A stretch of 64,000 nucleotides of DNA from a virus, in the IMG/VR virus record IMGVR_UViG_3300028287_000410, positions 1 to 64,000 of that record. One strand, written 5' to 3'. Every line of letters begins with the position of its first letter. Position 1 is the stretch's first letter. The notes beneath the pieces were generated by a model. It worked only from the letters and a program-made list of their open reading frames with translations. It searched no databases and was not told the origin of the DNA. A program made the translations under genes and the position numbers. Below are positions 58,439 to 64,000 of this stretch, piece by piece.

Positions 58439-59385
58439 TATCTGTATCCTATCTTTAAGTAGTATTGTTTTTCACCGTATGTGATAACACCTGTATATAA
58501 TTCAAAACTCATAGGGAATTGTTTATTGAAGTTTTGTGAACTTGCAAAAGGTTTCGGCACATCACCTGTTTCACCAACTAACACAAGTCTACGCATGTCT
58601 GGAATCATCTTGTACCAATCTTTATAGTTCTTCAAGTAACTAATATTAGTATTGATTAATGTTCCGGGTATCTCTACGAATGGATCGCTTAAATCGCCGT
58701 TCTGCAATTGTGTGATAAATGTATGCTCATCATATCCGATATTGAATAAGTCCAGTGTTGTTGCTTTGAAGCGCCAATCTGCTAGTAATTCTTTACTCAT
58801 CATCTCATCTGCCAGAAATTGACAAACGCCATTAATATCAAATGAACGAATATTTTCAAATCGTAATCTAGTATCGAATAACATCGCTGGAAGGATCCCC
58901 ATACCACCACCAAGAACATATATTGCACCAAGATACATTTCACCGAACGCATGTTGCATCTGTTGTGTAATCCAACTGTACACTTTTGCATTCTCTTTAT
59001 TAACGAAAGATGAAATATCAACGTTTGGGTATGAGTAAATGATTTCTTTTAGTCTGTCTGTTAGCTTATCATCAATTGGCGGAGTAATATGAGTCAAGAA
59101 GTCCATTGCTTGTCGATAGTTACCCAGTTGCTGTGCCACGTTCTCTTTTGAGTATGTTACTGCCATATCTTGATAATCATAATCAAGTTTTGCTAACGGC
59201 TTTTCACGTCTACGACTAACACGCTTGTAATTGATTGTTTCAGTAATCTCTGGTTCTTCTTCCAGTTCTTCTTGTTCAATCAAATCTGCTACGCCAACTT
59301 CATCATACAATTCATCATTCTTTTTGATGTTTGCCGCTCTGCGATTTCTACGATCACGTATATTACTCATTGTTTTGTTCCTCAA
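58438..59385 (-). CDS. Class I SAM methyltransferase-like paralog
   Basis: YVLGGGMG, SFDIN and INTNISY; collinear with the adjacent gene's domain. Confidence 0.6.
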   Translation of the reverse strand: MRNKTMSNIRDRRNRRAANIKKNDELYDEVGVADLIEQEELEEEPEITETINYKRVSRRREKPLAKLDYDYQDMAVTYSKENVAQQLGNYRQAMDFLTHITPPIDDKLTDRLKEIIYSYPNVDISSFVNKENAKVYSWITQQMQHAFGEMYLGAIYVLGGGMGILPAMLFDTRLRFENIRSFDINGVCQFLADEMMSKELLADWRFKATTLDLFNIGYDEHTFITQLQNGDLSDPFVEIPGTLINTNISYLKNYKDWYKMIPDMRRLVLVGETGDVPKPFASSQNFNKQFPMSFELYTGVITYGEKQYYLKIGYR

Positions 59386-62300
59386 ATTTTTCTGCTAGCC
59401 ATTCAAAATCATTAATCTTACCTAGCATTTCATCATTATCTGCATGTTTAGTCCCCCAAGCACGTCCAGCATTAGCTCCTGCAATTGCGTATGTTCCGAA
59501 CTCTCTATCAACTCCTTTAGTACACCATGCTTCTAAGCGTTCATCATCTTCATCTTGCTTATTACGATGAATGATACTAGATGCAAGTTTAGTACACTCA
59601 CGGAAAGCAGACTTCCAAGTATTGAATGGGTCTGTATTGAATGCTGTATAGTTAGCTGGTGTTGGCATTGGCTTGAACTTCTCAGAGATAGACGTTGTAA
59701 AGTCAATACGCCAATCTTTTGCATCACGCAATAACTGTGTTGGGAATAGTTTCAGACCACCATAACCATAAATCAAATCATTCACTGGGTTCTTAGACTT
59801 CCAAGTATGCACCGTGTCTTCATCCCATACACTTGGGAAGTATTCAAAGTTAAACTCTTCTAGCAACAATGCATCAGCGTCAATTACATAAAACATGCGA
59901 GTGTCAGCTAAGTTTGCGGCTGCTTGGTGAGCATTAAAAATACCTTTAACTCCGTGTACACGCTTTGCATGTGGTACACGCTCTAATAGTTTAGCATAAT
60001 GTTCGTCTGCAAGTTTCTCTTGGTAACTCAACATGATAACATCATACGGAATATCTCTTGTTGCTGCTTTGGCTTTCTTAACTGGTTTCTTATTCTTAAA
60101 GTTCATCTTGCGTAACTTATCTGCGTCTGGCTTTAATTCTTTAATAGCACTTGCTGGAATAAGTTTTAGACCACCGAACTGGTGAATGTATCCTGTATAA
60201 GGACTTTCTTTAGGCCATAGATGAAAGTGTGATTTATGGTGACGATCAACATAAAACGTTCTATCAAAGTCATCAATCATTTCTACGTCATTGTCTAATG
60301 CCCAGAAATAACCAGTCTTTGTCATCTTTGCAGCTTTCTGATATGCTGCTGCTAAATCAGATGCATCGATAACATCAATGTTCTTATGTTCTGTGAACTT
60401 TGCAGTGTTCTCTGAATACATACCTTCATCAAAATAGAATGCAGGATGCCCAGTAACACGTGATGCTACTTGATCTACACGAATGATATTCTTAAATCTA
60501 TCGAATGAGAAATCATCTTCACTTGGATTGAATTGCTCAAGATGCGGTCTGTGTACAAGATATACACCTGCATCTGCTTCGCCTTCACTCTTAAACGCAA
60601 ATACGTTTTCAATACTATGGATGTCTGGATAGTAGTCAAAATCAAATTCATCTACTAGTTCTACAACTGTATCTACAACCCAATAGAATACATGCTTCTT
60701 AGCTTGCGTATACGCTTTATATGGGTCACGTGTGTAATACTTTTTGATATTGTGCTTATCTGGGATACGTGCTACAACTTCATCATGATAGATAACATTC
60801 TCTGGATGATAGTCTACGTTAGATAGAGCAAGTCCGCCATGTCCCAACTCTACTCCCTTGCGAGATGTAAACTTCCAAATATGAGTAGGGCCAGTGTCAT
60901 ACAAGTCTGGATAGAAATCATCAATCGTAGTATCTGTTAATTGTAAGTCCGGGTTAACCATCCAGAATATGTTAGATGTTGCAAGCGTAACTGCTTCTTC
61001 AACTGTACGTGCTTCAATGCGTTCTGGCGAAGTTAGTTTACCGACAACTTGGTCAACATCTTTTTGTTTGTCTAAGTCTGCATTATACGGCACTAGACGT
61101 ACACCATTGCGCACTGTCTTACCGCTTGATAATTCTACATCAAAATTATGAATGTATGTTCTATCATATAGTGGAGGAATATAGTCTGTTATAGCATCTG
61201 ATACGTCAGTGTGTACCATCCAAACCATTTCAGTATCACAATTCTTAATGGTGTTCAAATCTAACAAATCATTTACTATAGCTACATCATAGCGTTCTGG
61301 TTTAATTGCGGTTGTCTCTTGATACAATGCTTTGCGTCTGAAGTCGAACCTTTGATATTTTCGTTCTTCAAACAAATCATAATCTTTTCTAAATAGACCT
61401 ACCCCATGATATTCTAGTGCATTATCCTCCCAGTCAGTTTTTTGCCACACAACAATCTGTTGGCGACCTTCTTCTGTCATAGAGAATTCAAACTCGTAAT
61501 CAAAGTTAAAATCAGTTACCGTTGTATCACTTGTAATTACATAATAGTAGCTGTATGCTGAATTCGCTTGTGCATACTCATGTAATTCAACCATTGTATC
61601 TACTGATACTTCTTGTATGCGCGAAAATCTTGATCTTAATTCTATAAGATTTTGCTGTCCAAAGCCACGATCCCAGAAAAAGATATCGTAATCGGGGACT
61701 TTTGCTGCTACTATATCGTGGAACTTTAGATTGTATTTGTCATACTCACTAGCAACAAATACAACACCTTTTTCAAATATATGTGCGCTTGCTAAATCAT
61801 ACAAGTCAGGATAGAAGTCAAAGTTCTCTACCAATTGGACTGCTAGATCAACAATAACAAAAGGGTAAGTTTTTAAATTATTCAGTCCGCTCTTCAAGGT
61901 ACTTGCTTGTACAATCAGTGTTTCTTTTAGTTTGCCGATAACGTCTTGTACATCTTTTTGCTTATCTGTGTCTGCATGTTTAGGAACAAGACGAATACCA
62001 TTACGTACTGTCTTGCCATTTGCTGTCTTTACTTGAAAATTATGAATGAACTCACGATCATACGAGAACGGATAAAACTCTGTTATGAAATCTTCAACAT
62101 CTTCGTGTATCAACCAATACATATCTGCATCAACTGAGTGATTTAGATTATGCATATCAGTAGTACGAATTACAGGGAACTCTAAGTCACGTGCAACGGG
62201 ATCTTTTTCGTATACTGCTTTGCGCCTAAAGTTAAAGATAGCATACTCACGCTCTTTAAACATTGGACCATCTTTAGGAAATAGCCCCACACCATGATAC

Positions 62301-63022
62301 TCTCTGACTAATTCTGTCTTTGGATTTTCTTTCTGCCAGACTACAACTTTTTGATTTTCTTTATCAAGTCCAAATGCAAATGAATAGTCAAAGTCAAATG
62401 TATCAAAAATCTCTGTATTTGGATGCACTAGATAATAAAAATCAGTACGTGCTTCTTTACGACACAATTCATGCACATCGATATTAGTATCTCCGCGAAC
62501 TAAGTTTATACCTGGAAAACGTTCTTTTAATTTTTCAAAGTTTGCTTTTCCATAATCTTTCTCCCAATAAAAGATATCATACGTTTCTGTAGTCGGCTTG
62601 TATTCTACTTTATCAGTAGTATGCTCTTTAAAGTCGCCAGTCAAGTAATATGCATCTTGGATATACTGAACTTCTTTATTCTTTACGTCACTTGTTTTGA
62701 ATAGCTTGACACCAACAACTGAACGAAAGACATTGCGCTCATCTGCATTCCAAACATGTACTACATCCTCGTCCCAGCTATCGGTTTGAAAATCGAAATC
62801 GAAATCTTCATCGACATATACATCTGGATCAATAATCCAGAAGTGTTTTGTGTTTGTAATAGAGGCAATTTTACTAATTGCTTTATCAATCTTTGGATCA
62901 CTCCAATCCTCTAGATTGATTTTAACCATGCGAAAGTTAGGATATTTTTCACGTATCCTATCTAAACGTTCATTAGTTTCTCTATCTGATTTGTAAGTTA
63001 GATAAAAACCGTCGTATGCCAT
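59363..63022 (-). CDS. 1219-aa protein of tandem GT-A (GT2-like) glycosyltransferase repeats
   Basis: Repeating YDIF...FYVIDAD-like...FDFDY.P...H.W...G..L units; intact DAD in the last unit. Confidence 0.7.
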   Translation of the reverse strand: MAYDGFYLTYKSDRETNERLDRIREKYPNFRMVKINLEDWSDPKIDKAISKIASITNTKHFWIIDPDVYVDEDFDFDFQTDSWDEDVVHVWNADERNVFRSVVGVKLFKTSDVKNKEVQYIQDAYYLTGDFKEHTTDKVEYKPTTETYDIFYWEKDYGKANFEKLKERFPGINLVRGDTNIDVHELCRKEARTDFYYLVHPNTEIFDTFDFDYSFAFGLDKENQKVVVWQKENPKTELVREYHGVGLFPKDGPMFKEREYAIFNFRRKAVYEKDPVARDLEFPVIRTTDMHNLNHSVDADMYWLIHEDVEDFITEFYPFSYDREFIHNFQVKTANGKTVRNGIRLVPKHADTDKQKDVQDVIGKLKETLIVQASTLKSGLNNLKTYPFVIVDLAVQLVENFDFYPDLYDLASAHIFEKGVVFVASEYDKYNLKFHDIVAAKVPDYDIFFWDRGFGQQNLIELRSRFSRIQEVSVDTMVELHEYAQANSAYSYYYVITSDTTVTDFNFDYEFEFSMTEEGRQQIVVWQKTDWEDNALEYHGVGLFRKDYDLFEERKYQRFDFRRKALYQETTAIKPERYDVAIVNDLLDLNTIKNCDTEMVWMVHTDVSDAITDYIPPLYDRTYIHNFDVELSSGKTVRNGVRLVPYNADLDKQKDVDQVVGKLTSPERIEARTVEEAVTLATSNIFWMVNPDLQLTDTTIDDFYPDLYDTGPTHIWKFTSRKGVELGHGGLALSNVDYHPENVIYHDEVVARIPDKHNIKKYYTRDPYKAYTQAKKHVFYWVVDTVVELVDEFDFDYYPDIHSIENVFAFKSEGEADAGVYLVHRPHLEQFNPSEDDFSFDRFKNIIRVDQVASRVTGHPAFYFDEGMYSENTAKFTEHKNIDVIDASDLAAAYQKAAKMTKTGYFWALDNDVEMIDDFDRTFYVDRHHKSHFHLWPKESPYTGYIHQFGGLKLIPASAIKELKPDADKLRKMNFKNKKPVKKAKAATRDIPYDVIMLSYQEKLADEHYAKLLERVPHAKRVHGVKGIFNAHQAAANLADTRMFYVIDADALLLEEFNFEYFPSVWDEDTVHTWKSKNPVNDLIYGYGGLKLFPTQLLRDAKDWRIDFTTSISEKFKPMPTPANYTAFNTDPFNTWKSAFRECTKLASSIIHRNKQDEDDERLEAWCTKGVDREFGTYAIAGANAGRAWGTKHADNDEMLGKINDFEWLAEKFEEQNNE

Positions 63023-63049
63023 ACTTACCCTATAGTTGCAATTTCTTAC

Positions 63050-63078
63050 ATTATAACAGATTAATCGTCCGTTGTAAA
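63050..63078 (-). promoter_or_regulatory. sigma70-type promoter
   Basis: TTTACA-17 nt-TATAAT with extended -10 TG on the minus strand. Confidence 0.7.
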
Positions 63079-64000
63079 GACTTTAATTCCATAATGCTTC
63101 GAAAAATCTTCTGCATCTTTAATGTCATTGACAATAGGTTGACCTTTAATGTTCAACGATGTATTTACTAAGATTGGACAACCAGTCTTTTCTTTGAACT
63201 TAGTTAGCAGTTCGTATAACCCCGGATGTGTTTCTTTGTTTACTGTCTGTACACGTGACGTACCGTCTTTGTGTATGATAGCAGGAAACTGTTCTGGATA
63301 CTTGCACTTGGCAACAAACTGCATGTAAGGACTTGCAGTGATATTCTCTGGCATATCAAAGTAATCATGTACGTCTTCTTCTAGTATCATAGGAGCAAAC
63401 GGTCTGAACTTCTGTCTACGTTTGATTTCATTCATTCTGTCTTTGATAGTGTCGCCACGAGGATCAGCAGTTAAAGTACGATTGCCTAATGCTCTTGGTC
63501 CAAACTCCGCACGTCCATTAGCAATGCCAATGATATCTCCGTTTAGCAATGCTTCTAATGATTTCTCTACTGGATACGTACCTTCAATGTTATGACCTAG
63601 ATATGCAGTCTCCCAGTTAATACGTTCTTTAAAGAACATCTGTGATGCACCAATACAACTACCAGCATCACCAGGGTTTGGCATGATCCATACATTATCA
63701 TAGTTGTGAGTGATGTTGCTGTTAGCACTACAATTAAGTGCGCAACCGCCCATAATAACCAAGTTCTTACTATCTACTTTTTCTTTAGCATCCTCAATAA
63801 TAGCAGCAAGCATTTGCTCATATACGTATTGTGTAGCTGCCGCTAAGTCAAACATATCTTGCTCAGTAGTTAGTTCTGACAAGAACCATTTACAACCACG
63901 GTGTAAGTTCTTTTGAAAATTCACTAAGATATAATATTCTAAATTACTATTGTTTAAAATGATTTTAAATTCATCGTATATATGTGCGATTAATGACTTG
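63061..64000 (-). CDS. Carbamoyltransferase (NodU/CmcH family), 5' end outside window
   Basis: GGCALNC, PNPGDAG, EFGPRALGNR, FRPFAP, DGTSRVQTV and NTSLN motifs; frame open to the window edge. Confidence 0.92.
   Translation of the reverse strand, partial: KSLIAHIYDEFKIILNNSNLEYYILVNFQKNLHRGCKWFLSELTTEQDMFDLAAATQYVYEQMLAAIIEDAKEKVDSKNLVIMGGCALNCSANSNITHNYDNVWIMPNPGDAGSCIGASQMFFKERINWETAYLGHNIEGTYPVEKSLEALLNGDIIGIANGRAEFGPRALGNRTLTADPRGDTIKDRMNEIKRRQKFRPFAPMILEEDVHDYFDMPENITASPYMQFVAKCKYPEQFPAIIHKDGTSRVQTVNKETHPGLYELLTKFKEKTGCPILVNTSLNIKGQPIVNDIKDAEDFSKHYGIKVFTTDD

Noticed and set aside
1-64000. Stop-codon reassignment
   Set aside because: Conserved genes are full length and tightly packed under code 11, and TAA, TGA and TAG all end genes
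1-64000. Bacterial chromosome or prophage origin
   Set aside because: Gp43-like polymerase, T4-type late motifs, CCA-encoding tRNAs and phage-style gene packing are present; no integrase, rRNA or ribosomal protein genes are seen

Overview
This 64-kb window is AT-rich, gene-dense DNA from a large (probably jumbo, T4-superfamily-like) dsDNA bacteriophage read with the standard bacterial code. It is probably marine; GANTC sites in two promoters weakly suggest an alphaproteobacterial host. From left to right: (1) the end of a tRNA cluster plus an atypical CCA-ending tRNA-like RNA; (2) late genes that look like capsid-targeted polyproteins punctuated by Glu-ending protease-site motifs, with GNAT and nucleotidyltransferase modules, two modules being flanked by exact DNA direct repeats; (3) DNA polymerase B, an NPPY methyltransferase and a probable sliding clamp; (4) a 7-deazaguanine DNA-modification cluster (DpdA-like, QueD/DpdL-like, APRT, glycosyltransferase, FolE, QueE) interrupted by two pentapeptide-repeat genes, followed by MetK and a rhodanese; (5) a 5'-3' exonuclease, a HAD phosphomannomutase and an SbmA/BacA-like transporter; (6) a MoxR ATPase and its usual VWA-metallopeptidase partner, separated by a 6.7-kb seven-gene biosynthetic-type operon (AMP ligase, flavin halogenase, desaturase, GNAT-like protein, FabF ketosynthase, AhpD-like protein, 2OG oxygenase-like protein); (7) HNH nuclease, DHFR and ThyA; (8) a >19.7-kb minus-strand operon of modification enzymes (7 radical SAM, 2 oxygenases, QueC-like, 2 methyltransferase-like, a tandem glycosyltransferase-repeat giant, carbamoyltransferase). 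The best candidates for undescribed systems are the phage halogenase/lipid cluster, the radical-SAM array and the repeat-bounded cleavable polyproteins. All functional calls come from motifs recognised by eye; no database searches were run.
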